Source of the DNA: Acidobacteriota bacterium
Lineage (GTDB): Bacteria > Acidobacteriota > Blastocatellia > RBC074
NCBI GenBank assembly: GCA_016789605.1
Contig: JAEUQO010000202.1
Coordinates: 421 to 64,420, forward strand
Length of the DNA: 64,000 bases
Direction of reading: 5' to 3'
A model generated the notes under the pieces. The model made no database searches and had not been told where the DNA came from. It worked only from the letters and a program-made list of their open reading frames with translations. Every line of letters begins with the position of its first letter. Position 1 is the first letter of the stretch. The translations under genes and the position numbers were made by a program. Shown piece after piece: positions 19,508-30,900 of the stretch.

Positions 19508-22018
19508 TCATTCCGCACGAAGCGCAATCATCGGATCAACCTTGGCAGCGCGCCGTGCTGGAATGACGCAAGCAAGCCCTCCAACAATTGCCAGCAACAA
19601 CGCCACGCTCAGAAAGGTCAGTGGATCAGTCGCCTTCACGCCATAAAGCTGATTAGCCAGCAGATGACTGAGCACGAAGGCGATGATCAGGCCAAAGATC
19701 AGGCCCACGCAAACGACCTTCATTCCTTCACCAACCACCAGGCGCAACACATCGCGCGTTTCAGCGCCAAGCGCCATGCGCAATCCCATCTCCTGAGTGC
19801 GGCGGCTGACTGAATAACTCATCACGCCGTACAACCCTGCTGCGGCCAGTATGACCGCCAGCGCGGCGAAAAGGCCCAACAGCCAGGCGGCCAGACGCGA
19901 CCGCCAAAGCGTGGTGCTGATCACTTCCTCCATCGTGTTCACCTCAAGCACGGGCAAGTCGCGGTCAAGCTTGGCGATTTCTTCGCGCACCACATTGGCC
20001 AGCGCGACCGGGTCGGCCTGGGTGCGGATCAGAATGCGACCGGCAGAAGAGGGCGATTGCGCCATGGGCCAGTAAATCTCCGGGTAAGGCGGTTTGTCAT
20101 ACGCGTTCGTTTTGATGTCGGCCACTACGCCGACGATCTCCATTTTCGGAAACCAGCTTGTGTAATCTACCGTGAAGCGCTGCCCGACAGGATTTTCGTT
20201 GGGCCAATACTTGCGCGCCGTTGTGTCACTGATCAGCGCGACCATGGGTTTGTCGGCGGTGTCTCGTTCGTCAATAAACCGCCCGGCGAGCAGACGCAGG
20301 TTGAGCGTGCGCGCATAACCGGGCGTGATGCGGTTGATAGCCACGCTGCCGTGATGGTAAACGCCGGTTTTTTGACTGAGAGCCGCGCCGCTTTCCTGGT
20401 TGCCGGGGGGCGGCGCCGGGCGGCCTTCGATGCTGATACCCCAGGGATTGGGCGCGTGTTTGACGGGAAGTTTGGCGGCAACAGCAGCAGCGGCGACTCC
20501 TGGCAAGGCCGAAAGCCGCCGTTCAAGCTCGGTGAATAGTTGCGCGCGCAATGTGTTTGGACCGCTCGTTTCATATTTGCCGTAACGATAGTCGGGCACA
20601 CGAACTTCCATCGTGAGCAACCGCTCTGTCGCAAACCCGGGGTCTGTGTTTTGCAACCACACGAAGCTTTGCACCAGCAACCCTGCGCCTACCAGCAACA
20701 CCAGCGAGAGCGCCACTTCGCCCGCGACCAGCAGGTTTCCCAGTTGTCTGCGCCGTTTGCTGGTGGCATTGTTGCGTCCGCTTTCTTTCAACGCGTGATT
20801 CAAATCGGCGCGCGCCGCGCGCAATGCCGGCGCCAATCCGAACAGCACTCCGGTAAACAACGACGCGCCCGCCGTAAACACGAACGCCCGCCAATCCAGT
20901 CGCACTTCATGCAAGCGCGGCACGTTGGCGGCAGCCGGAACCAGCGCCAGCAAGGCGCGCACGCCGACAGACGCCAAGAACAAACCGAGCAGGCCGCCTG
21001 TGCCCGCAAGCAACAAACTTTCAGTGAGCAATTGCCGGATGAGACGTACGCCGCTGGCTCCGAGCGCGGCTCGCACGGCAAATTCGCGTTCCCGTTCAGT
21101 TGCCCGCACCAGCAACAGGTTCGCAACATTGACGCAGGCAATGAGCAGGACCAGCGCCACCGCGCACAGCAGCAGGTAAAACAACCGCCCCAGGCTGCCG
21201 ATAATCTCCGCATCCGCCGGAACCAGCACCACGCCCATGTTCTGATAGTGTTCCGGATAACTCTGTTCCATTTGCCCGGCCAGCAAATCCATCTCGGATT
21301 GCGCCGCTTCCAGTGAAACGCCCGGTCGCAACCGTGCAAAGACCGTCCAGCCCCAGGCTGTGCGGTTGGTTTTGTCGGCTGCGGTAAACGCGTACGGTGT
21401 CCACACTTGCGGCGTTTCGATCCGGGTTGGGTAAAAGCCCGCAGGCATCACGCCGATAACCGTATGGGCGACATTGTCGAGCATTATCGTGCGCCCGATC
21501 AGGTTGCGCTCAGCGCCATAACGGTTGCGCCACAACGCGTCGCTCAACACAACGACCGGCGGCGCGTCTGGACGGTAATCCCTTTCAGAAAAGGTTCGCC
21601 CGATTTGCGCGTTTACTCCGAGCGTCTCAAAAAAACGATCCGCGACGCGATTGCCCCAGACCAACTCTGCCCGTTCACCGCCCGTCAACATCATGGTTGC
21701 CCAACGATAGCCGCTTACGTGCTCATAGCTGCGGCTGTGTTCGCGCCAGTCGTGAAGCGTGCCGGGCCGCACGGCGATGAAATTGGAATCCTGCCCGCGC
21801 TGATACCGCGCGCCGCGTTGGTTGTGTTCCCACAGATGCACCAGGCGATCCGGCTCTTTGAAGGGCAACGGCTTGAGGATGACGGCGCTCGTGACGCTGA
21901 AGATCGCAGCGTTCGCGCCAATTCCGAGCGCGAGCGTCAGCACGACGATAAAGGTGAAGCCGGGCTTTTTGCGAAAGGTGCGAGCGCCAAAGCGCAGGTC
22001 TTGCCAAAGAATGCTCAT
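19508..22018 (-). CDS. ABC transporter permease, duplicated MacB/FtsX type (ADOP family)
   Basis: Starts [11 protein letters not shown]; [37 protein letters not shown]; ends DPMIALRAE. Confidence 0.92.
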   Translation of the reverse strand: MSILWQDLRFGARTFRKKPGFTFIVVLTLALGIGANAAIFSVTSAVILKPLPFKEPDRLVHLWEHNQRGARYQRGQDSNFIAVRPGTLHDWREHSRSYEHVSGYRWATMMLTGGERAELVWGNRVADRFFETLGVNAQIGRTFSERDYRPDAPPVVVLSDALWRNRYGAERNLIGRTIMLDNVAHTVIGVMPAGFYPTRIETPQVWTPYAFTAADKTNRTAWGWTVFARLRPGVSLEAAQSEMDLLAGQMEQSYPEHYQNMGVVLVPADAEIIGSLGRLFYLLLCAVALVLLIACVNVANLLLVRATEREREFAVRAALGASGVRLIRQLLTESLLLAGTGGLLGLFLASVGVRALLALVPAAANVPRLHEVRLDWRAFVFTAGASLFTGVLFGLAPALRAARADLNHALKESGRNNATSKRRRQLGNLLVAGEVALSLVLLVGAGLLVQSFVWLQNTDPGFATERLLTMEVRVPDYRYGKYETSGPNTLRAQLFTELERRLSALPGVAAAAVAAKLPVKHAPNPWGISIEGRPAPPPGNQESGAALSQKTGVYHHGSVAINRITPGYARTLNLRLLAGRFIDERDTADKPMVALISDTTARKYWPNENPVGQRFTVDYTSWFPKMEIVGVVADIKTNAYDKPPYPEIYWPMAQSPSSAGRILIRTQADPVALANVVREEIAKLDRDLPVLEVNTMEEVISTTLWRSRLAAWLLGLFAALAVILAAAGLYGVMSYSVSRRTQEMGLRMALGAETRDVLRLVVGEGMKVVCVGLIFGLIIAFVLSHLLANQLYGVKATDPLTFLSVALLLAIVGGLACVIPARRAAKVDPMIALRAE

Positions 22019-22422
22019 AGGTAATTTGTGGTTGATGGTCTGTGTGGCAATAGAAACGATAAAAAGATGAGCCTGGTTGGCGTTATTGGTCGCCGGGAAT
22101 TCAATGAATGGCGTGATTGGGTTGGTCAATGGTAGCTGGCTGCGGGCGTGTGGTGTTTGTGGCGATTGACCTAGTGAATGCGCGCGGAAATCGCCGGGCA
22201 ATGGCGCTTTTTTTCGCTCGTCAGGCGCTTGCCAGTCATGTGACTTATATAACCAGTCAACCTGAATTTTGAGACAATTCGTAAAAAAACTATCGCTGCT
22301 CTCACCTGCTCCTGATAAACATCGCCTTTCTAAACAGCGTGAATAACAAGCTGCGGCAGAGCTTGCTCTGCGGCCATGGGCGCGCTTTTTTTCGATCTAC
22401 CCCCTACCAAGGAGTATTTACC

Positions 22423-25400
22423 GTGACGTTTCGACTGATTGCCAGTGACAGGCTGCAACAAAAACGACGCCTTCCTCTATTGTCTGTGATGCTCTGTTTG
22501 TTGTTGCTCGCGCTTCTGGCAGGCGCCCAGGCGCAATCCGCGACTGCGACCCTGACGGGGATTGTGGTGGATGAGCGCGGTGCGGTTGTTGTTGGCGCAA
22601 CGATCAAACTGAATAACCCATCCATACAAAGACAGCGCCAGACGGTGTCTGGCAATGACGGAGAATTCATCCTGACGCAGCTTCCGCCCAGCGTGTATGA
22701 AATTTCGGTCAAGGCCGCCAATTTTGCCGAAGCGAAGGTTTCTGAATTGGTGCTCAACGTCGGGGAACAGCGTGCGCTGCGAGTCCAACTAAAAGTCGCG
22801 CAGGTGGGCGAGAGCGTGACGGTTGCCGATGGCGTTTCGCTGATTGACGAATCGCCCACCGTCGCAACCGTGGTGGATCGGCAGTTTGTCGCCAATCAAC
22901 CGCTGAACGGGCGCAGCTTTCAATCCCTGATCACGTTGTCGCCCGGCGTCGTGCTGGCCAAAACGAATGTGACGACGGCGGGGCAGTTCAACGTCAACGG
23001 ACAGCGGGCCAATGCCAATTACTTCACCGTGGATGGCGTGAGCGCGAACTTTGCCACGACGGGCGCGGGCACGCTTTACGAATCGAGCGGCGGCGCATTG
23101 CCTGCGTTTTCCATTCAAGGCGGAACCAATTCGCTGGCGTCGGTGGATGCCGTGCAGGAATTTGCCATTCAAGCTTCCACGTATGCGCCTGAATTTGGGC
23201 GGCAACCGGGTGCGCAGGTTTCCATCGTTACGCGCTCTGGCACAAACGATTTTCACGGCAATGTGTTCAATTACCTGCGCAACGATGTGTTCGACGCCAA
23301 TGACTATTTCGCCAATCGCAATCGGTTGCGCAAACCACCGCTCAGGCAAAACGATTTCGGATTCACGTTAGGCGGGCCGTTGCTCTTGCCGCGTTTGAGG
23401 CAAGGGGGACAAGCGCTATATCAAGGACGCGACCGCAGCTTTTTCTTTGTTTCTTACGAAGGTTTGCGGTTGCGCCAGCCGTTTGTGTCTGATCCGATTC
23501 CGGTGCCGTCGGTGTCGGCGCGACAAGGAGCCACAGGGCTCATCCGTGATTTGCTCAACGCGTATCCCTTGCCGAACGGTGCGCCGCTGGCGACAGACCC
23601 GAATACGGCGACTTTTATCGGCAGTTGGTCTAATCCTTCCACGCTCAATGCGACAAGCGTCCGCCTCGATCAGGTCATCAACAGCAAATTGACGTTGTTT
23701 GGTCGTTACAATCACGCGCCTTCGACAGCCAAGGTGCGCGCCAATTTCAGCACGCCCAATACGGTGGAAAACGGCACGGCGAAAACACAGACCCTGACGC
23801 TTGGCTCTGCCATGACGTTTTCAGCGCGCACGAGCAATGACCTGCGCTTCAATTACAGCCGCTCGCGAGCGGGCACCAGATATGAGCTGGATACTTTTGG
23901 CGGAGCGGTGTTGCCGCCGACATCGTCGTTGTATCCGCCGTTTGCTTCGCCAGAAAACGATCTCAGTTATGTGCAAATCGGTCCGGCGACTGCCGCGCTG
24001 ACAGATGGACTGAATTCGGCAAACCAGCAACGGCAGTTCAATCTGGTGGACACATTATCCTGGACGGCGGGCGGCCACGCCCTGAAATTTGGCCTGGATT
24101 ATCGGCGACTGGCGCCGATCAATCGCGGCGCGATCTATCGCCGGTTTTTGTTTTACACGACGGTGGCACAAGTGCTTTCGGGCAATGTGCCGACATTTTC
24201 GGCGACTTCCACTGACGTGACGCTTGAGCCGCTCTATCACAACTTTTCCGCGTTTGCGCAAGACACCTGGAAAGCCACGCGCCGTCTGACGCTGACGTAT
24301 GGCTTGCGTTATGAAGTGAACCCCGCGCCGACCGAACGCAACGGCAAGCTGCCGGCAACGGTCACCGGTCTGGAAAATCCGGCCACGCTGACGCTTGCGC
24401 CAGCCAATACACGTTTTTACGAAACGACGTTTAAGAATTTCGCGCCACGCGTTGGCGTCGCGTATCAGCTTCTGCCGAAATACGGGACGGTGCTGCGCGG
24501 CGGGTTTGGCGTGTTTTACGATTTGGGCACGGCTTTTACGGGAAGCGCCTTTTTCAACAGCATCTTTCCGTATGGGCGTTCCGCGCGCGGAACGAACGTG
24601 CCGCTGAATTCGGCGCTGGTCGTTTCGCAGCCTCCGGCGGTCAATACCAATCCGCCATACCCGGCAATCTTTGCCTATGCGCCTGATTACGATCTGCCGT
24701 ACACGTTGCAATACAACATGGCGGTTGAACAGGCGCTCGGCGCCAGCAACAGTCTGTCGCTCAGTTATGTGGGCGCCAATGGCCGCCGTTTGGGGCGTGT
24801 CGAACGTTTGCGCAATCCCAACACAAATTTCACGCTGGTCAGCGTCGTGCGCGATCAAGCCGAATCTGATTACCACGCATTGCAAGCGCAATTTCAGCGA
24901 CGGTTCGCACGCGGGTTGCAAACCCTGGTGTCGTACACCTGGGCGAAATCGCTCGACACCGTGTCGGATGAATCCATCACCAACTATCAGGCTCCGCTGA
25001 GCAGCCTGAACCCGCAACTGGATCGCGGCCCCTCGAGTTTTGATGTGCGCCACAGCTTGAGTGCGGCAATCAGTTACGACATCCCCGCGCCATTTGCGAC
25101 GGGGGTTGGCAAGGCCGTTCTGGGAGGCTTTGGCATTGATTCCATCGTGGCGGCCCGTTCGGCGACGCCGGTCAACGTGCTGACCGGCACCGATCCGTTC
25201 GGTTTTGGTTTCACGACGGTCACACGGCCTGATCTGGTGTCAGGACAACCACTTTATCAGGATGATCCGCTGGTGGCGGGCGGACGCCGGTTTAATCGCG
25301 CAGCGTTTGTACTGCCGCCCGCCGGAAGACAGGGAACTTTGGGACGCAATGTCTTGCGCGGGTTCCCGCTGGCGCAATGGGATATTTCGCTGCGCCGTCA

Positions 25401-25614
25401 GTTCACGCTGACGGAACGTTTCAGCCTGCAAGTGCGGGCTGATGCTTTCAACGTGCTGAATCACGCAAATTTCGCCGATCCCACCGGATTGCTCAACAAC
25501 GCGAACTTTGGCGTTTCCACGCAAATGCTGGGGCGCAGCCTGGGCGGATTGAATGCGCTCTACCAGGTGGGCGGGCCGCGCTCGATGCAGATGTCGCTCA
25601 AACTTCTCTTCTGA
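22423..25614 (+). CDS. TonB-dependent receptor, Oar-like with N-terminal carboxypeptidase-regulatory-like domain
   Basis: AAGGAG RBS before GTG 22423; signal peptide, PLNGRSFQSL, VDAVQEFAIQAS.YAPEFG, TRSGTN, NFAPRVG, FNVLNHANF; ends GGPRSMQMSLKLLF with a terminal Phe. Confidence 0.92.
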   Translation: MTFRLIASDRLQQKRRLPLLSVMLCLLLLALLAGAQAQSATATLTGIVVDERGAVVVGATIKLNNPSIQRQRQTVSGNDGEFILTQLPPSVYEISVKAANFAEAKVSELVLNVGEQRALRVQLKVAQVGESVTVADGVSLIDESPTVATVVDRQFVANQPLNGRSFQSLITLSPGVVLAKTNVTTAGQFNVNGQRANANYFTVDGVSANFATTGAGTLYESSGGALPAFSIQGGTNSLASVDAVQEFAIQASTYAPEFGRQPGAQVSIVTRSGTNDFHGNVFNYLRNDVFDANDYFANRNRLRKPPLRQNDFGFTLGGPLLLPRLRQGGQALYQGRDRSFFFVSYEGLRLRQPFVSDPIPVPSVSARQGATGLIRDLLNAYPLPNGAPLATDPNTATFIGSWSNPSTLNATSVRLDQVINSKLTLFGRYNHAPSTAKVRANFSTPNTVENGTAKTQTLTLGSAMTFSARTSNDLRFNYSRSRAGTRYELDTFGGAVLPPTSSLYPPFASPENDLSYVQIGPATAALTDGLNSANQQRQFNLVDTLSWTAGGHALKFGLDYRRLAPINRGAIYRRFLFYTTVAQVLSGNVPTFSATSTDVTLEPLYHNFSAFAQDTWKATRRLTLTYGLRYEVNPAPTERNGKLPATVTGLENPATLTLAPANTRFYETTFKNFAPRVGVAYQLLPKYGTVLRGGFGVFYDLGTAFTGSAFFNSIFPYGRSARGTNVPLNSALVVSQPPAVNTNPPYPAIFAYAPDYDLPYTLQYNMAVEQALGASNSLSLSYVGANGRRLGRVERLRNPNTNFTLVSVVRDQAESDYHALQAQFQRRFARGLQTLVSYTWAKSLDTVSDESITNYQAPLSSLNPQLDRGPSSFDVRHSLSAAISYDIPAPFATGVGKAVLGGFGIDSIVAARSATPVNVLTGTDPFGFGFTTVTRPDLVSGQPLYQDDPLVAGGRRFNRAAFVLPPAGRQGTLGRNVLRGFPLAQWDISLRRQFTLTERFSLQVRADAFNVLNHANFADPTGLLNNANFGVSTQMLGRSLGGLNALYQVGGPRSMQMSLKLLF

Positions 25615-25624
25615 TCTCAATCAT

Positions 25625-25676
25625 GCCCATCGGTGGTGAGCGCCGTTGTCAGGATCGGTTGATTCCACCGATGGGC
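25625..25676 (+). terminator. 12-bp stem-loop just downstream of the receptor
   Basis: GCCCATCGGTGG (25625-25636) and CCACCGATGGGC (25665-25676). Confidence 0.4.
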
Positions 25677-25977
25677 CAATTCCTTTCACGGGGGGGGGCC
25701 GGGAAATGCCCGGCGCCTCGCTCTCATCACGAGCGCAGCGACAGACGAACACGCTGCGCGCATTACACACATCTTTTTAGTTCTTTCTCGTTTCCCCCGA
25801 AATCATTGCACTCTTCTGCAAATGTAATTGACAACCATTGCCTGTGCTGAGCCGTTCAAGGTTCTGGCAGGCAGCGCGTGTTTGTCACGATGGCTTAAGA
25901 GCTTCTGCCACGGTCTTGCTGCTGCTGCGTGCGCAAGAAGCTCAAGGTTTGCGATTGTGACAACGAGAAGGAGAACC

Positions 25978-27945
25978 GTGCCCAAATCATCTCCGGTCAG
26001 GCAGGCCGATCTGACGGCCATCTTGCGCTGGCGCGCCGCGACACAAGGAAATACGGAGGCTTACACCTATCTTCAGGATGGGGAAGCTGCGGAAGTCAAT
26101 TTGACTTATGCAGAGTTGGATCAGGCTGCCCGGGCCATTGCCGGAACGTTGCAACAACTGGGCGCAAAGGGCGAGCGTGTGTTGTTGCTTTTCCCGCCGG
26201 GGTTGGCATACATCACGGCGTTTTATGGTTGTCTTTATGCCGGAGCCGTCGCCGTTCCCGCCTATCCGCCGCGTCAGAATCGTTCCTTACTGCGTTTGCA
26301 AAGCATCGTCGCCGACGCGCAAGCGTCTTTTGTGTTGACGAGCGCAGCGATTTTGGCGCGCGTTGAGGAATGGCTGCCGCAAAATCCCGACCTGGCCAAA
26401 CTTCAATGGTTGAGCACGGACACGATTGATTCGGCGGCTGCCGCATTTTGGAGCGAGCCGGACATTCGCCCTGAAACACTCGCCTTTTTGCAATACACCT
26501 CTGGTTCGACGGCCTTACCCAAAGGCGTGATGGTGAGTCACGGCAATTTGATGCACAACCAGGAGGTGATACGAACCGCTTGCGCGCATACCGAACAATC
26601 CACCTTTGTCGGCTGGTTGCCGCTGTATCACGACATGGGGTTGATCGGGAATGTAATGCAGCCGCTGTATCTGGGGTCGCGGTGTGTGCTGTTGTCGCCG
26701 GTTGCCTTCTTGCAACGGCCTTTGCGTTGGTTGCAAGCCATTTCACGGTATCGCGGGCAAACCAGCGGCGGGCCAAATTTTGCTTACGAACTGTGTGTGC
26801 GCAAAATCGCGCCAGAAGAACGCGCCCGGTTGGATTTGAGCTCGTGGCGCATCGCCTTTAACGGCGCGGAGCCGGTGCGGCAAGAGACGCTGGCACGTTT
26901 TGCCGCGGCCTTTGCCGATTGCGGATTTCGCCGGGAATCGTTTTACCCCTGTTACGGGCTGGCCGAAGCGACGTTGTTCGTGGCCGGTGGCGCGCCGGGG
27001 CGTTCATTGTCGGCTGTGCGCGTCGCGCGCGAGGCGTTGGCAAAAGGCCGCCTGAGCGCTGCATTGGAAGAGGGGCAGTCGCTGGTGAGTTGTGGGCAAC
27101 CACAACTGGAACAGCAGATTGTCATTGTGAATCCTGATTCACGGCAACGATGCGCGCCCGGCGAAATCGGCGAAATCTGGTTGAGCGGTGGCAGTGTCGC
27201 CGCCGGATATTGGAATCGCCCCGCGGAAACAGAGGCCGTCTTTCGCGCGCGGGTCGCCGGTACTGATGAAGGGCCATTTTTGCGCACGGGTGATCTGGGA
27301 GCCTGGCACGGCGGCGAGCTGTTTGTTACCGGGCGATTGAAAGACCTCATTATCATCCGTGGGCGAAATCATTATCCGCAAGACATCGAATTCACCGTCG
27401 AACGCAGCGATGCCGCGTTGCGTCCGGGCTGCGTTGCGGCGTTTACCCGCGAAACCGAAGCCGGTGAAGAGCAATTGGTGATCGTGCAGGAAGTGGAAAA
27501 TCGTAACCGCCAGCGCGGCGCTGAACTCATCGAAAAGATTCGCGCCGCAGTTGCTGAAGAGCACGAACTATTGCCAGTCGGCGTCGCGCTCATCAAACCC
27601 GGCAGCATTCCCAAAACTTCCAGCGGCAAAATCCAACGGCGCGCTTGCCGGGCAGCTTACCTGCAAGGCGAATTGGAAATTGTGGCGCAATGGCAGGCCG
27701 CGACGTTGCCTCCCGCGACGGAGGACGGTGAACAATCCACCGCGCGTCCGGGAAGCGTGGAAGAGCTGGAAGGTTGGTTGTTGGATCTGACGGCGCGCCG
27801 CATGAATTTGTCGCGGGCGGAGCTTGACGCGCAATTGCCGCTGGCGCGCCATGGCCTGGATTCGTTGGTGCGGTCGAACTGGCGCACGTCATCGAAACTG
27901 AACTGGGACTTTCGCTTTCATCCTTTGAGCCGCTGCAAAGCCTGA
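25978..27945 (+). CDS. Fatty acyl-AMP ligase (FAAL) plus ACP N-half; 5' part of a frameshifted NRPS starter gene
   Basis: AAGGAG RBS before GTG 25978; AFLQYTSGSTALPKGV, WLPLYHDMGLIG, PCYGLAEATL, GRNHYPQDIE, IPKTSSGK; ACP motif HGLDSL, then the frame is lost at ~27868. Confidence 0.9.
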   Translation: MPKSSPVRQADLTAILRWRAATQGNTEAYTYLQDGEAAEVNLTYAELDQAARAIAGTLQQLGAKGERVLLLFPPGLAYITAFYGCLYAGAVAVPAYPPRQNRSLLRLQSIVADAQASFVLTSAAILARVEEWLPQNPDLAKLQWLSTDTIDSAAAAFWSEPDIRPETLAFLQYTSGSTALPKGVMVSHGNLMHNQEVIRTACAHTEQSTFVGWLPLYHDMGLIGNVMQPLYLGSRCVLLSPVAFLQRPLRWLQAISRYRGQTSGGPNFAYELCVRKIAPEERARLDLSSWRIAFNGAEPVRQETLARFAAAFADCGFRRESFYPCYGLAEATLFVAGGAPGRSLSAVRVAREALAKGRLSAALEEGQSLVSCGQPQLEQQIVIVNPDSRQRCAPGEIGEIWLSGGSVAAGYWNRPAETEAVFRARVAGTDEGPFLRTGDLGAWHGGELFVTGRLKDLIIIRGRNHYPQDIEFTVERSDAALRPGCVAAFTRETEAGEEQLVIVQEVENRNRQRGAELIEKIRAAVAEEHELLPVGVALIKPGSIPKTSSGKIQRRACRAAYLQGELEIVAQWQAATLPPATEDGEQSTARPGSVEELEGWLLDLTARRMNLSRAELDAQLPLARHGLDSLVRSNWRTSSKLNWDFRFHPLSRCKA

Positions 27946-27947
27946 CG

Positions 27948-30900
27948 TTGGCGCAACTGGCCGCACAGCTTTTTTCTCATTTGACGGATGAACGCCGCCC
28001 GGTCGCCGCCGCGCCGAAAACGGCATCGGGCGAAAAACTACCTCTCTCTCAAGGCCAGCGTGCGCTCTATTATTTGCATCAGGTTTCCCCGGAAAGCTCG
28101 GCTTACAACATTGCCAATGCGGTGCGAATTCGTTCTGGTGTGAATGTCGCCGCTTTGCGGCGCGCCTTGCAATCGCTTGTTGAACGGCACTCCATCTTGC
28201 GTGCGACTTTTGGTGAAAACAGCGGCGAGCCGTGGCAACAAATCGCCGAAAGCACGGAAATTCAATTTACAAACGTTGCCATTGGCAATTGGGCGGAAGA
28301 GCAATTGACGGCTGCGATGGACGCCGAAGCCAACCGCCCGATTGATTTGAGCTGCGGGCCGCTGTTGCGCGTGACTTTGTTTACGCGTGAGACAGAAGAC
28401 CACGTGTTATTGCTTGTGGTGCATCACATCGCTGCCGATCTTTGGTCGCTGGGGTTGTGGTTGCGCGAAATGGGGTTGCTCTATGCCGCTGAAAACGCCG
28501 GGCAAGCAGCCGATTTGCCGTCCGTCACGTTGGCGTATCAGGGCTTTGTTTCGTGGCAGCAGCAAATGTTGGCCGGGCCTGAAGGCGCACGCCTGGAACA
28601 CTACTGGGCAGCGCAATTGCGCGATGGAACGCCGCCGCTGGAATTGTGGGCCAGTCGCGCGCAGGTTGACGAGGCAGCGGCAAGGGCCGGTACGCAGGCG
28701 TTTACGCTTTCGGCGGAACTGACCCAAAGGCTGAAAGCGCTTGGTCAGCAGCAAAACGCCACGTTGTTTGTGACGTTGCTGGCCGCGTTTCAAACTTTGT
28801 TGCATCGGTTTACCGGCCAGGAAGAGTTTTTGTTGGGCGCGCCGGTGATGGGGCGTCGCCGCGTCGAATGGGCGGGCATGCTGGGGTATCTGGTCAACCC
28901 GGTCGTCTTGCGCGCTGACCTGACAGGCAATCCGCGTTTTGTTGACCTGTTGGCGCGCGCCGAGAAAACCGCGCGCGAAGCTTTTGCGCATCAGGATTAT
29001 CCTTTTGCCCTGCTGGCAGAGCGCATGAAATTGCGCGGCGAATCTGCCAGCGCGTCCTTGCTGCAAGTGATGTTTGTTATGCAGCAAGCTGCCGCAGAAG
29101 GCGACGCCACCCTGGCCGCGTTTGCTTTGGGCGCAGCCGGGGCAGAAATGGAGTTGGGCGGATTGCGGCTGGAAGCGATGGCGACACCCGCAACCGCCGC
29201 GCAATTTCCGCTGACGCTGGCCGTGGCAGAACATCAGCGCGGGATTGTCGCGCGTTGGAGTTATGACAGGTCGCTGCTTGACGCGGAAATGGTCGAAGCG
29301 TTGGCGGCGGGGTTTGAAGTGTTGCTGGCCGCCATCGCCCGCGAGCCGCAGACGAGAATTTCGGAATTTCCGTTGTTGAGCGCCCAGGCGCAAAAGCGTT
29401 TGTTGGCGGAATGGTGCGGGCCGGGCGTGACGTTGCCCGGCGAATGTTTGCACGATCGGTTTGTCGCACAGGCAGAACGCGCACCCGACGCCATCGCGGT
29501 CGTCAGCCAGGAAAACGGCGTACGCGCGGAAATCAGTTACGGCGAGTTAAACCGGCGCGCCAATCAGCTTGCGCATCATTTGCGCGGGATGGGCGTCGGG
29601 CCGGAAACACGCGTCGGCGTATTGTTGGAGCGTTCGGCGGATTTGCCGATGGCCTTGCTCGCCGTGCTGAAAGCCGGTGCGGCGTATGTGCCGCTTGATC
29701 CTGCATACCCGACAGAGCGGCTGGCTTTCATGCTTTCCGATGCGGCAGTCGCCGCGCTGGTGACCACACAATCCTTGCTCGGTCAAACCGGCGCAACTGC
29801 GCCAGCCATCATCTGCCTTGATGCCGCGCAGGCTGTGATTGCGCGCGAACCGGATTGCAATCCGCCCTCGGCAACCACGCCGGAAAATCTCGCCTATGTG
29901 ATTTACACCTCTGGTTCGACCGGCCAACCCAAAGGCGCGCTGATCACGCATGCCAACGTGGCCCGTTTGCTGAGCGCCGCGCAACCACACTTTCAGTTTC
30001 AGGCCGATGATGTCTGGACGCTGTTTCATTCCGCCGCGTTTGATTTTTCAGTGTGGGAAATGTGGGGGGCGCTGTTGTATGGGGGCCGTTTGGTGATTGT
30101 GCCTTATCTGGTTAGCCGTACGCCCGAAGCGTTTTGGGCTCTGTTACAACGCGAAGGCGTCACCGTGCTCAATCAAACGCCGTCGGCGTTTCGACAACTG
30201 ATCAGCGCCGAAGCGGCCAGCGGCGATGTCGCGCCATTGTCGTTGCGCTGGGTCATTTTTGGCGGCGAAGCGCTCAGCTTCAGCGACCTGCAACCGTGGT
30301 TCAGGCGACGCGGAGATCAGCGCCCGCAACTGGTTAATATGTATGGCATCACCGAAACCACCGTGCATGTGACGCATCGTCCGCTGACAGAATCAGACTT
30401 CAGGCTGGGGGGCAGTTTGATCGGGCGTCCGCTATCGGCCTGGCAACTTTATGTGCTGGACGAGCAGTTGCGCCCTGTGCCGCAAGGGGTGGCGGGAGAA
30501 TTGTATGTCGGCGGCGCGGGCGTGGCGCGCGGATATTGGGCGCGTCCGGAGCTGACCGCGGAGCGATTTTTACCCGATCCATTTAGCGGCCAGCCGGGCG
30601 CGCGACTGTATCGCACCGGCGACCGTGCCAGGTATTTATCGCGCGGCGAGTTTGAATATCTGGGGCGCACCGATCAGCAACTGAAAATTCGCGGGTTCCG
30701 CATCGAACCGGGGGAAATCGAAGCGGCGCTGCAAGAGCACCCGGCGATTCGCGAAGCCGTTGTGCGGCTCAAGCACGATCTGCGCACGGAAGCCAGGTTG
30801 ATCGCTTACGTTGTGCGCCACCCCGGAGCAGCAATGGTTCCGGGCGAATTGCGCGCTCATTTGCGCGCCAAATTGCCAGTGCACATGGTTCCGGCGGCTT

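Noticed and set aside
25615-25977. Cobalamin or c-di-GMP riboswitch ahead of the cluster
   Set aside because: Hairpins are present but I could not find the conserved B12-box or c-di-GMP motifs by eye.
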